Source: Octopus vulgaris (taxonomy: Eukaryota). Taken from it: 64,000 bases of DNA. A program made the position numbers and the translations under genes. Below are positions 54,501 to 64,000 of the stretch, piece by piece. A model generated the notes under the pieces. That model was not told where the DNA came from, did no database searches, and saw only the letters and a program-made list of their open reading frames with translations. Location of the stretch: NCBI GenBank assembly GCA_951406725.2, contig OX597818.1, forward strand, positions 92,504,001-92,568,000, in the 5' to 3' direction. Each line of letters begins with the position of its first letter. Position 1 is the first letter of the stretch.

Positions 54501-57500
54501 GGAGCCTAGTTAACGCGGGATGCCCCTCGAAACATTCAACTTTCTTAGTAATGGCTCGAGAGCCAGCACCGACAGAAAAGGCGAGACTGGGCAACCTTGA
54601 CGGAACGAACGTGCGATGCTAATCGATTCCGATAGATGGTCAATTACTTTTACCACCGAACATTGCAGCGATCAAACCTCTGAGAACAGGACCGAAACTA
54701 GCTGCCGTGAGCCTAGCCTCAACGTATTGATGATGGACCCAATCTAAAGCTTTTTATTGATCCAACTTGATCAGGGCCACACATATGACAGGTTCCTTTC
54801 CTACCCTCTCTCTGATGTAGCATGTGTGCTGGGGGTTGTCGTGGATAGATCTGTTTGAGATAGTACAGTCTGCGCGTCACCTACCAGATTATCGGCAACA
54901 AACTCAACCTCTTGTCTAACACCTTGTCCAAAGTCTTTTAATCTACATTCAGCAAAGTTATGGGCCCTCTTGTTCGGTTCTTTTCTCAACAGTATCATAA
55001 CGCCACGGGTTACAGCATTGGGAATTCCCCCCGTTATCTTCCCAGTTGATGTAGACACGCACCACGAGATCACGCAACAAGTCTGACATATGAAAACAAA
55101 GCTCCAAGGGCAGACCACCCAACCCCAGTGACTTCTCTCTTGTGAAGCTTATCATCCCGTTCTTTATGCCAGCAGCTGTTATCAGCATTTCACAGAACTC
55201 CGCATCCCTGGCCTAAAGGTGTGGCATTCCAATGAGGTAAGAGGTGAAATCCATCCCGTTCCCAACTCACCTCGTACTCCGTACAGTTCGGCAAACTTCT
55301 GTTGAATTTCTGCACACATCTACTAAAATTTGAGCAGCATGCGCCCGTTCTGGACCGTCAAAGACTGAATTATGTCTTTGTTACCACGTTGCAATTCTTC
55401 CCTCATCGAACGACTTTCCACCCCTTGTGTCTTAGCACATGTGCCCTAGCTCTGACAACACAACCTTCGTGTTTGGCATTGAAATATTGAACAAGAATCA
55501 ATCTCGCCGCCACCGTCCCTCATGTAGCTTCCTAACTAGGTCTGCCTCTAAGACTATATTTACTAAACCTTACTGCCTTTACTCTAATAGCCCGAGGGCA
55601 AAACAATGCGTTCATACACATACTCGACGGACATTCGTTGTTCTAAAGAATGCTTAATTAATTTGTGGTGCTTAAGCTAACTCTTCTAATCGAAGGATTA
55701 AATACTTTTGATCAGAAGGTCCATCTGCAATAATCAATGATCTTCAGTCCTAAACTATCTATACAATATGGTTTGTGTTGGTTTTTATTTGTTATTCTTT
55801 AAATGTATGTGAGCCTAATCATTTATATATTTGATGTTTTCATATCGCTATAATACTTTTATTGTTTTTTGCTTTTTCAGCGATAGTGATACATGGTAAG
55901 TAGATAATTACTTCATGTATTTATATTCATAATTTTGCAATTTTATGAAAGATTTATTTATCAATTTTCAACTATCACCCTGCTCAGTTGTCTGGTTAAC
56001 AAACTAGCTTTACAAACATCTGTTTTCCAGTTCAATCCCACAGCGCGGTACCTTGTACATGTGTCTTCAACTATAGTCCCGGACCAGCTAATGCCTTGTG
56101 AGCGAAACTGATAGATGCGCGTTCGTGCGCGCGTTTGTGTCTTTGTGTCAGCGTTTGTCCCTACCACAGCTTGACAACCGATATTGATTGCTTTACGCTC
56201 CGTAATTTAGTCGTTTGTCAAATGGAATCGAGCAATATATTTTTAATGTATCCTTTAAGGCAGTGCTCCAGCATGGCCGGAACCTTATGAGTGAAACAAG
56301 TAAAAACAAAAATACGAATCAGCATACACCAAAGACACACTGGTATCTATGACCCATTGAATAGGAATGAAGAATGTTTTGTCCTGGCTGAAAGTCTGCT
56401 GGAGAGTTTTTAGTGAAAGATCTGCAATGGTTTTCTGAAAAATTTAAGCTTCCAAAAAATTCGGGGATCTCGAAGTCTTATCATTTGAATGAAGGAAAAT
56501 ATTTTTAATTAACATTTTTTAATATTTTACATGACTACAGTTAATAATTTGGTTAAAGACTGCGGTTAATAATTCTTTGGGTGTGTGATAAGTAGCTTGC
56601 TTACGAACCACATGGTTCCGGATTCAGTCCCACTGCGTGGCACCTTGGGCAAGTGTCTTCTACTATAGCCTCGGAAACGGAAAGAAGCCCGTCATATATA
56701 TGTATATATGTCTGTGTATGTGTGTGTGTCTGTGTGTGTGTATGTGTGTGTATGTGTGTGTGTGTGTGTGTATGTTTGTGTGTCTGTATTTGTCCCCCCC
56801 CCAACGTCGCTTGACAACCGATGCTGGTGTGTTTACGTCTCCGTAACTTAGCAATTCGGCAAAAGATCCCGATAGAGTAAGTACTAGGCTAATGAAGAAT
56901 AAGTCCTGGTATCGATTTGCTCGTCTAAAAGCGGTGCTCCAGCATGGCCACAGTCAAATGATTGAAACAAGTAAAAGAGTAAACTAACATATGGATTGTC
57001 TCTATGCAATAGGAGATCAAACCTCACTCGAAACAGCAATAACTTTAAACACAATAAAGCTTGTATCATGATAGGATATTGGGTGTTTTGAAGATCATCA
57101 TCCTTCAAGTGCCAAAAGCGACTCGGGTATCTGCGCATAAGGGGATGTTGCTACAAACCTCCGAAAGTGAACTAATGCATACTGAAGTAACTGAATAAAA
57201 ATTTAGTGAGACTGTGTAATGGCAGATGTCCAATCCTTTTTTTTAAATGCCTCTCAAGTTACCGATGATGCAATCAAATAGTTTGTATCCTGTTGTAGAC
57301 CCCCCGGGGCTCCAGACAAAAATTGGGGCTTGTGAAAAGAGCGAAAAAAGTCCCGTCTAATATTAGTCTCACAAGCTGTGTCTCAATGGCCACTTAGTGT
57401 ATATGTATGCAATAGTGTAATTTCTCTTGAGGGCCAACCTTTATTCCAAAGGTTATTTAATCAACATGGAGCGATTGCATTCCTCTTTCTGCAGGAGAGT

Positions 57501-58408
57501 AAGACGCAGTTGTTCAGAAAATTCTGTATCTGGCAACACCATGTTTTTGTTTTGTTTTGCTGTTGTTTTTTTTTTTTTTCTTTTTGTCATAACAACGAAA
57601 AAAGAAAAATTAGCAGCAATTGTTTTTGTTATAGCAAACAGTCCGCACTATAATTTCATCGTGTCCCCCCCCACACACACACACACAAACACAAACACAC
57701 GCGCACACACGTACATGGACACGTACGAACATACACACAAACATACACACATACACACATCTGCAAATATCTCTCAAAATATATCACATAAATCATTTCC
57801 TCATTTTGTGTCCTAAATACTTAAACTCATTAGTGACACATAGACCGCAAACTCATTAGTAACACATAGACCACAAATTATGGTAACATATGTCTAAACG
57901 CATACGTTAACATAAATATATTTACATTTGGTATAAACTTTGATAAATTATGGTGTTTCGGTCTAAATTGCCCCAAGCAATCAGACAGATAATTTTGAAG
58001 TTACTTTTAGTGGAATCATGACCCATTCAAATATGGAGTTATTGTTAACTGAGATGTATCCATGTATGGGTGGCTTGTCTCGCATCCTTTGGAGATATTT
58101 GTTCAGATAGCGTTTAAAGATGATGGAATCTTTTTCATTTCTTTGCTTATTCAGAAACCTTTTGAGCGGGGTGGACTACTTGACCTAAAAAAATTTCTAA
58201 CTAGGCCCCCGCCTACAAGGTCATACGCTGTCTATCTCGATATGAGATCACCATATCGTGCACATATGATTGTGATGCATGTGCTTGGTGTACTCTTATC
58301 AGACGGGTAATCATGATGAGTATTTTGGGCTCCGTATATTTGTACTTCTTTGTCACTTTGACGGCATGCACTGCTCTCTCACTCAATAATAATAATAATA
58401 ATAATATA

Positions 58409-58480
<72 letters not shown>

Positions 58481-58495
58481 TACTATTACTATTAC

Positions 58496-58543
<48 letters not shown>

Positions 58544-58557
58544 TTTTATTATTATTA

Positions 58558-58599
<42 letters not shown>

Positions 58600-60508
58600 C
58601 ATTATTATTATCATTATTATTATTATCATCATTATTATTATTATTATTATACCTTGATGTAGTACCAGACAATGGTTCTCATGGCTTCTGATCTTAACTG
58701 ACTGGAAGTGTTATCATATGAATTGTTTTGTCTTGGTATAAAAGATTGGCTACAGCAAATATTCGACTCAATAGCACAGATTCAATATTTTCATTAAGGA
58801 CATACTTATATTCCAAGCATTTGTTACGGACTCTTTCATGAAATAAAAACTATTCCACTAGATCATATTATATAGTAGATTAGGAACCAAAATATAAAAT
58901 AATTTTCTACAACATAACATAACAGTTGACCATATTAGTATGGTATATTGTCAACTGATTTTTGGAACAATATTGGAATTATTACGTTTATATATTTGTT
59001 TTGCAAGATTTTTGATGTGGAATCGTGTGTTGAAACAGATATTGTTGTATTTAGGAATGGTCATTTTGCCAGTTTAGCCAATAAAAACACACGCACTATA
59101 TATTTGGTGTTACTTTGCTTCAGCGCTATTTATTTTTTACATTAATCTTAATCATATTTCGTCCAGAGTTCTTTCGTCACGCTCCTGTGACCGGATCAGT
59201 GGTCCTTTGCTTTCTTCTGATGCGGTCACAGGAGTGTGACGAAAGAACTCTGGCCGAAATAAGATTAAGATTAATGTAAAAAATAAATAACGCTGAAGCA
59301 AAGTAACACCAAATATATAGTGCGTGTGTTTTTATTGGCTAAACTGGCAAAATGACCATTCCTACATACAACAATATTGGAATTATTATTTTCTAGATTA
59401 ACGGAAATATTCAAAATTGTATATTTTCAAAACTATGTAATAAATCTGTTAATTATTTTACGCATTTACGTTAACATCAATATTTTTAAAATTCCTATTT
59501 TCATAAAAATATGAAATGTTTATAATTTTTACAGATTGTACCTCAATGAGTGTGTAGATTTTTCATAACCATAAAACACACACCTAGATAGCATTGAATT
59601 ACAATCGAGATTAATTTGCTTGTAACGCTTTCAAATAGACACACATTTGTTTGCGAGTGTACGTATGTATGCATTTATGTATATGCACAACATAAATATA
59701 TATACTTCTGTTTCATGTTCATGCACAAAAAAAATGGGTTTACCTATAACTATTCAGTGGTTGTTTATTTTAAAGTATACGTTCAAACTAGTTAATGACG
59801 AAAGACTGTTTTATGAAATTTAATTTACATTTTTTTTTTTTTATTATTTCATTATTTTTTTCATTTTTCAGTCAAAGATCAAGAACCGGAATTTTGTGAG
59901 TACAACAGCTTCGTTGCTTTACTTCCCTATATATATAGCATCACTAATATCTGAACACATTTTTTTCAATAATATTGATTACTACATTACACAATGCATA
60001 ATATTGCAAAATACTTTTGAATCCCTGAAACATACAAATTACATAGTACTCGGTGTATCGGTAACGTTTGGTCTATTTCAGTTTTCAATCCACATTTCAA
60101 ATTAGTTATTTTCTCTATACTAGTATAATATTAATAACGTAGTGGGCGAGTGTTCGACAAATAAATCAAATTTGACTAAATAGGAATCACAACAATATGA
60201 ATAATTTGTCAAATATAATATACTCCTTACGAACATATATGTATATATTCCAAATGATATTTAAGAACTCTAACATAAAAAAGTATTCCTCGAAAATGTA
60301 TAGTATAGCATATCAAACATCACAATATATAAATATTTTCTTGAGGTTAATATAAACACGAGATGCTTCATTTTAATGATATCATATACGTCATAAATTC
60401 ATAAAATTTTCATATCGATTTCAAAAACACACCGAAACTTTGAGTAAAACTTTCATTCATAGTGGAGTATATGTCTTTCTATGAATGTGTGTGAGTGTGT
60501 GTGTGTGT

Positions 60509-60554
<46 letters not shown>

Positions 60555-60884
60555 TGAGTGTCTTGTGTGTGTGTGAGTGAGTATTTTGTTTGCGTGTGTG
60601 TGTTGCGTTTGTGAGTTTGTTTTAAATATATATAGCGCAGGAGTGGCTGCGTGGTAAATAGCGTGCTTACCAACCACATGGTTCCGGGTTCAGTCTCTCT
60701 GCATGACACCTTGGGCATGTGTTTTCTGTTGTAGGTTCGGGTAGACCAAAGACTTCTGAGTGGATTTCATAGGCGGAAACATGAAGAAGCCCGTCATATA
60801 TATTCATGTGTATGTGTGTGTGTGGCTTTGTGTTTATCTCCCCACCATCACTTGACAACCGATGCTGGTGTGTTTGCGTCCCCG

Positions 60885-60933
<49 letters not shown>

Positions 60934-62209
60934 TGAGTTTGTTTTATATATATAGCGCAGGAGTGGCTGCGTGATAAGTAGCTTACTTACCAACCATACG
61001 GTTCCTGGTTCAGTCCCACTGCGTGGCACCTTGGGCATGTGTCTTCTGCTGTAGGTTCGGGGAAAGAAACACAAAGACACACACACACGCACACACACAT
61101 GCGTAAACAACCAGAGAAACAAATGGAAAAGGGATAAGTAACATAAAGAACGACCCTTCATCAGTTGTCGGCTGCCTAAATACTCCTCATTTCGAGCTTT
61201 GAACGACAATATGAGTCTTCGAAGGCAGCTGCTCCCACAAAATCCAAAATAAATTTGGGGATTTATGGAGGGTCAATGATGGTAACAAACGATAGTTAAG
61301 TATGAGCAACGAGAGAGAGTAAAGGAGAAAGTGGGGGAGGGAGAGAGACAGATAGAAAACGGTGAAGGGGAGAAAAACGGAATTTTCAGCACACACCTAA
61401 TTTAATATTATTTTATTCCTGCTGGTATAATACTGACAGCGTGGGTAATTTTTTGTTTTTTCTTGGAGGAGAGGACTTCAATCAAATTTCATTCGATTCG
61501 GATACCTGTATTATGAATAACTTCTTGAATGTAATATTTTCATTAAGGTCATGCATTTTTTACGAAATCTATCATGACATACAAACAATTCCACTAGATC
61601 ATATATTGTAGAATAGGAACCAAAATATAAATTTTCTTCAATATAACACAACATTTAACAATAGTAGTAACGTAAATTGTCAATCTATAATATGGTAATT
61701 ATTATTATTATATAGATTAACATACATATTGATGGTCTATATTTTCAAAACTATATAATAAATCTGTTAATTATTTTATGCATTTACGTTAACATCAATA
61801 TTATAAAGATTCCTATTTTCATCAAATATTCAATTTTTATAACTTTTACAGATTTTTGCCTCAATGAGTGTGCAGAAATTTCATAGGCATAAAACACACA
61901 CCTAAATAGCATTGAGTTAAAATCTGTATTCATTTCTTTATAGTGCTTACAAATGGACATGCATTTCTATCCGAGTGTGCGTATGTTTGCATTTATGTAT
62001 ATACACAACGTAAATATATATACTTCTCTTTCATGGTCATACCACAAGAGATTATTTACATATGAACTATTCAGTGGTTGTTTATTTTGAAGTATACATT
62101 CAAACTAGTTAGTAAGGAACGGTTGTTTTATCAGAATTAATTTACATTTTTTCTGGTTTTTTATTTCGTTTTTATCATTTTTCTGTTGAAGATCCTGAAG
62201 CGGAAATTG
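11214..62209 (+). CDS. ITIH-like secreted protein (signal peptide - VIT module x2 - vWA - ITIH core - micro-exon linker). Multi-exon, 3' end probably outside the window. Model: join(11214..11291,21505..21662,22461..22571,22673..22923,25379..25542,27520..27677,30648..30758,30850..31100,32702..32862,36339..36627,38358..39043,42422..42494,44338..44352,52504..52518,55881..55895,59878..59895,62192..62209)
   Basis: All junctions are GT-AG with compatible phases and no in-frame stop. ITIH hallmark motifs: [124 protein letters not shown]. The micro-exon part is less certain than the core. Confidence 0.9.
11632..12926 (-). mobile_element. Near full-length degenerate mariner (~1.3 kb)
   Basis: TAcga..TIRs; transposase remnants [48 protein letters not shown]; frameshifted. 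Confidence 0.9.
13973..14345 (+). mobile_element. SINE family A
   Basis: Full head-to-tail match with the other copies. Confidence 0.88.
14451..15420. repeat. Long inverted repeat, ~360-bp arms (14451-14815 / 15065-15420), ~250-bp spacer
   Basis: e.g. attggtcagttgaaatttaaaaacaaaagaccagct vs agctggtcttttgtttttaaatttcaactgaccaat. Confidence 0.9.
16097..16484 (-). mobile_element. Internal mariner fragment nearly identical to 12001-12385
   Basis: Same sequence, no TIRs. Confidence 0.9.
16940..17440 (-). mobile_element. Degenerate Tc1/mariner-type transposase remnant
   Basis: [29 protein letters not shown] motif. Confidence 0.75.
18593..19115. mobile_element. Non-autonomous pogo/Tigger-like DNA element inserted in (GATA)n
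   Basis: Perfect TIR TAccgtaaatcctcgagtata / tatactcgaggatttacggTA, with (GATA)n on both sides. Confidence 0.85.
19290..19511. mobile_element. Mariner-derived MITE
   Basis: TIRs tacgagagggtgctgaaaagtttctgg / ccaggaactgttcagcacccccacgt; remnant of transposase C-terminus on the - strand. Confidence 0.75.
20530..21115 (-). mobile_element. Head-to-tail trimer of SINE family C
   Basis: Three ~175-bp units starting tttctttac(t/a)acccacaaggg; only the last carries the tRNA head. Confidence 0.85.
21505..21662 (+). CDS. VIT module copy 1, exon a ([52 protein letters not shown])
   Basis: tttcag| acceptor, |gtaagt donor, 158 nt, paralogous to 27520-27677. Confidence 0.85.
21970..22405 (+). mobile_element. 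Tc1-like 3' remnant, partly shared with the paralogous intron (30395-30607)
   Basis: [14 protein letters not shown] (WPPNSPDxNPMDY-like), [17 protein letters not shown], ends gcactctgta. Confidence 0.75.
22461..22571 (+). CDS. VIT module copy 1, exon b ([36 protein letters not shown])
   Basis: ttgcag| acceptor, |gtaatt donor, 111 nt, phase 2-2, paralogous to 30648-30758. Confidence 0.85.
22673..22923 (+). CDS. VIT module copy 1, exon c (..[23 protein letters not shown]..)
   Basis: ttccag| acceptor, AAG|gttggc donor, 251 nt, VIT C-terminal motif. Confidence 0.9.
23260..23772 (-). mobile_element. Internally deleted mariner, present only in module copy 1
   Basis: [38 protein letters not shown]; tacgag/ctcgta ends; empty site at ~31385. 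Confidence 0.88.
24959..25210 (+). mobile_element. SINE family B, copy-1-specific insertion
   Basis: Flanked by atatgacactg / atatggcactg duplication; absent at the paralogous site ~32560. Confidence 0.85.
25379..25542 (+). CDS. VIT module copy 1, exon d ([33 protein letters not shown]..)
   Basis: caatag| acceptor, |gtaagt donor, 164 nt, ends in phase 0. Confidence 0.85.
26693..27143 (-). mobile_element. SINE (family B') interrupted by a ~155-bp insert
   Basis: Reverse complement of 35002-35306, with foreign sequence at 26942-27097. Confidence 0.8.
27520..27677 (+). CDS. VIT module copy 2, exon a ([35 protein letters not shown])
   Basis: ttttcag| acceptor, |gtaagt donor, canonical VIT motifs RFA and FISNFSM. 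Confidence 0.92.
30648..30758 (+). CDS. VIT module copy 2, exon b ([36 protein letters not shown])
   Basis: Canonical VIT GEVKEK..AK.IY motif, GT-AG, 111 nt. Confidence 0.92.
30850..31100 (+). CDS. VIT module copy 2, exon c
   Basis: 251 nt, GT-AG, FDISVNV/LTYQELL motifs. Confidence 0.92.
32702..32862 (+). CDS. VIT module copy 2, exon d
   Basis: aaacag| acceptor, |gtaagt donor, 161 nt, RVEYDVDR motif. Confidence 0.9.
34562..34725. mobile_element. hAT/Charlie-like MITE
   Basis: Termini ccgtgtttcccaaa / ttgggaaccattg, imperfect 8-bp TSD tcttagac / ccctagac. Confidence 0.65.
35002..35306 (+). mobile_element. tRNA-derived SINE (family B')
   Basis: A box tagcctagtgg, B box ggttcgaatt. Confidence 0.85.
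36339..36627 (+). CDS. ITIH-like vWA exon 1 ([35 protein letters not shown])
   Basis: MIDAS DxSxS, cgcag| acceptor, |gtaagt donor. Confidence 0.95.
37518..38046 (-). mobile_element. ~530-bp non-coding interspersed element flanked on both sides by (TTA)n
   Basis: Related copies at 51600-51925, 58155-58385 and 58655-58775. Confidence 0.75.
38358..39043 (+). CDS. ITIH-like vWA exon 2 and downstream core ([37 protein letters not shown])
   Basis: 686-nt open exon, ctcag| acceptor, AAG|gtgagt donor, many ITIH motifs. Confidence 0.95.
41160..41860 (+). mobile_element. Degenerate RTE-clade LINE 3' part
   Basis: [45 protein letters not shown] remnants. Confidence 0.75.
42422..42494 (+). CDS. ITIH-like exon [24 protein letters not shown]
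   Basis: Highly conserved FVTPLTSMV motif, cacag| acceptor, AAG|gtaatt donor, ends in phase 1. Confidence 0.93.
44338..44352 (+). CDS. 15-nt micro-exon (E)YLPS
   Basis: tttctcttcctttgcag|AATACCTTCCTTCAC|gtaagtat. Strong sites, phase 1-1. Confidence 0.7.
44963..45237. repeat. Compound (GAA)n/(GGA)n/(CAA)n/(CTA)n microsatellite
   Basis: Directly visible. Confidence 0.95.
45659..46543. repeat. ~440-bp direct tandem duplication
   Basis: Unit ttaagaaatttacaaatttacatatct...agaacagcccttc at 45659 and 46102. Confidence 0.9.
47060..51036 (+). mobile_element. Near full-length R4/Dong-clade non-LTR retrotransposon (RT + CCHC + restriction-like endonuclease), disrupted
   Basis: [77 protein letters not shown]. 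Single ancestral ORF 47173-50862 broken by ~3 frameshifts and a TAA at 48179. (TAA)n at the 3' junction. Confidence 0.92.
51085..51600 (+). mobile_element. Older degraded Dong-like N-terminal fragment
   Basis: [16 protein letters not shown] and ccaaggtggaaacgacgcattgaa (PRWKRRIE) remnants. Confidence 0.55.
52504..52518 (+). CDS. 15-nt micro-exon (R)FENQ
   Basis: ttgcttttttcag|GATTTGAGAATCAAG|gtaagt, phase 1-1. Confidence 0.75.
53870..55300 (-). mobile_element. Degenerate L1/Tx1-type LINE RT region
   Basis: Minus strand RQGCPVSP (54580-54606) and SAYAVDVTV (YADD-like) remnants. Confidence 0.7.
55881..55895 (+). CDS. 15-nt micro-exon (A)IVIH
   Basis: ttgctttttcag|CGATAGTGATACATG|gtaagt. Flanks are paralogous to those of 52504-52518. 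Confidence 0.75.
56580..56985 (+). mobile_element. SINE family A
   Basis: Match to the other copies. Confidence 0.85.
58385..58651. repeat. (AAT)n then long (ATT)n microsatellite
   Basis: Directly visible. Confidence 0.95.
58983..59375. mobile_element. Fold-back element, ~170-bp arms, short loop, long target-site duplication
   Basis: Same family as 800-1165. Flanked by repeated acaatattggaattatta. Absent from the paralogous site ~61690. Confidence 0.8.
59878..59895 (+). CDS. 18-nt micro-exon (D)QEPEF; alternative in-frame acceptor at 59872 gives 24 nt
   Basis: Long T tract, ttttcag|tcaaag|ATCAAGAACCGGAATTTT|gtgagt. Confidence 0.65.
60634..61060 (+). mobile_element. Two tandem SINE family A copies with duplicated upstream (TG)n/tgtgagtttgtttta flank
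   Basis: Heads at 60634 and 60954. Confidence 0.8.
62192..62209 (+). CDS. 18-nt micro-exon (Y/D)PEAEI
   Basis: tttttctgttgaag|ATCCTGAAGCGGAAATTG|gtgagt, paralog of 59878-59895. Confidence 0.65.
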
Positions 62210-62659
62210 GTGAGTACAAAAGATTCGTTGCTTTACTTCTCTATGCATAGCATAACTAATATCTAAGCAGGCTTTTTTTTCAATAATGTAGACTTCTTCG
62301 TTACACAGTGTATATATTACAAAAGACATTTGAATCCCCAAAACATACAAATTGCGTAGTACTCAGTATATTGGTAACGTTTGATCTATTTCAATTTTCA
62401 ACCCAGATTTTAATTTAGGAAAAGAAAGATGGACGACGGTTACGTGTGAGCAGCGAGGAGGGTAAAGAAAAAAGAGAGATGCAGATAGAGAACTGTGAAG
62501 GGGAGAAAAAAGGAATTAGAGAAAGGATGAGAGAGAAAACGATAAGAAGAGTAAACAGTAGAGGATAGAGTCGCATCAAAATGATTCAGATAAACAGCAT
62601 TCAATCAAATAATAATATAAATATATATATGCATATATATACATATATATATATGTATG

Positions 62660-62754
<95 letters not shown>

Positions 62755-63199
62755 AGAGAGAGGGAGTATAAGGTGTGATGTGCAGAAATTGAATATTAAG
62801 AAAAAAAGGTCGTCAGAATTTTGGAAAAAACCCTTTAGTTCACTATTATTAGCGCTTTCGTTCCTTTCTAGAACTTGTCAAATAAAATGTGAATGCACAA
62901 GCAGCTTGTTGATTTATATAAAACATGCTTTTTAACAGTTTTGTTTAGGAGAGAATATTGATATTGTTTTTTGTTTTTTTTTCGGTTGAGTTTCTATGAC
63001 AATGGAGATGGATAGATAGAAATATCACCTTACTATTCACCGTTTATTTATTTATTTATTTAATCGTTTACCATTGTATTGGTTTAAGGATGGTGACCTC
63101 TTCAAAAACAAAATAGTTGCGGTTTGGTCATCACTGAAAGTCATTTTGTTTAATTTCTCTCTTCACCCTTCTTTTTTTCCTTTCTTTCTATATATATCT

Positions 63200-63613
63200 C
63201 TCTTTTACTCTTTTACTCTTTTACTTGTTTCAGTCATTTGACTGCGGCCATGCTGGAGCACCGCCTTTAGTCGGGCAACTCGACCCCGGGACTTATTCTT
63301 TGTAAGCCCAGTATTTATTCTATCGGTCTCTTTTGCCGAACCTCTAAGTGACGGGGGACACAAACACACCAGCATCGGTTGTCAAGCAATGCTAGGGGGA
63401 AAAACACAGACACACAAACACACACACGCATATATATATACATACATAAATACGACAGGCTTCTTTCAGTTTCCGTCTACCAAATCCACTCATAAGGCTT
63501 TGGTCGGCCCGAGGCTATAGTAGAAGACACCTGCCCAAGGTGCCACGCAGTGGGACTGAACCCGGAACCATGTGGCTGGTAAACAAGCAACTTACCACAC
63601 ACCCACTCCTGCG

Positions 63614-63615
<2 letters not shown>
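63200..63615 (-). mobile_element. SINE family A
   Basis: Near-identical to 7176-7593. Confidence 0.88.
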
Positions 63616-63706
<91 letters not shown>

Positions 63707-63885
63707 TTATATTTATATGTATATATATATGTATGTATATATTTCAAATTAGTTAATTTCTTTAAACTTGTATAAGGTTTATAACGTAGTGAGCGGAAGT
63801 TCCATAAATAAATCAAATTTGATTAAATTGGAATCGCTACAATATGAATAATTTGTTAAATATACTATATTCCTTGTGAACATAT

Positions 63886-63951
<66 letters not shown>

Positions 63952-64000
63952 AAAGAGTGAAAAAACTACAGAAGGCTTGTTTTATAAGGTTAAAGAATAT

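Larger units (their letters stand above)
52345..57520. repeat. Segmental duplication carrying the 15-nt micro-exons (52345-53200 ~ 55709-56535; 53400-53780 ~ 57130-57520)
   Basis: Collinear similarity, e.g. tgatcag(g/a)agg..catctgcaataatc and gaaagatctgcaatggttttctgaaaa, including a shared old SINE. Confidence 0.85.
58785..63890. repeat. Segmental duplication carrying the 18-nt micro-exons (58785-60110 ~ 61535-62415; 60125-60240 ~ 63775-63890)
   Basis: Collinear similarity, e.g. ttccactagatcatatt, aaatctgttaattatttta, aactattcagtggttgtttatttt. Confidence 0.88.

Noticed and set aside
58313-58672. Poly-Tyr/Ile/Asn ORFs
   Set aside because: (ATT)n microsatellite.
59535-59549. Another possible 15-nt micro-exon (tttacag|ATTGTACCTCAATGA|gtgtgt)
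   Set aside because: Weak donor, and the paralogous segment (61852-61867) is 16 nt and frame-breaking. Not included without transcript evidence.

Overview
AT-rich, repeat-dense animal genomic DNA. The tRNA-derived SINE families and microsatellite load look like a coleoid cephalopod (Octopus-like); this is recognition, not a database result. One + strand multi-exon gene spans most of the window: a secreted inter-alpha-trypsin inhibitor heavy chain (ITIH)-like protein. It starts at ATG 11214 and is apparently 3'-incomplete at the window end. Reading the splice sites by hand gives this order: signal-peptide exon; a four-exon VIT-containing module present TWICE in tandem (21505-25542 and 27520-32862, both intact, both phase 0 to phase 0); two vWA exons (MIDAS DxSxS present, but LTDG changed to LTNG); the FVTPLTSMV exon; then at least five symmetric phase-1 micro-exons of 15, 15, 15, 18(24) and 18 nt. 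The micro-exons were multiplied by duplication of intron blocks, and their coding bases diverged faster than the flanking intron. Together with strongly non-synonymous divergence between the two VIT modules, this suggests a modular, diversifying ITIH, possibly with a combinatorially spliced protease-bait linker. Introns hold a near full-length, disrupted R4/Dong-clade retrotransposon in a TAA-type repeat; CR1-, RTE- and L1/Tx1-type relics; mariner/Tc1/pogo/hAT elements; fold-back elements with hammerhead-like motifs; many SINEs; and many microsatellites. Most ORF-track entries are simple-repeat or SINE artefacts.
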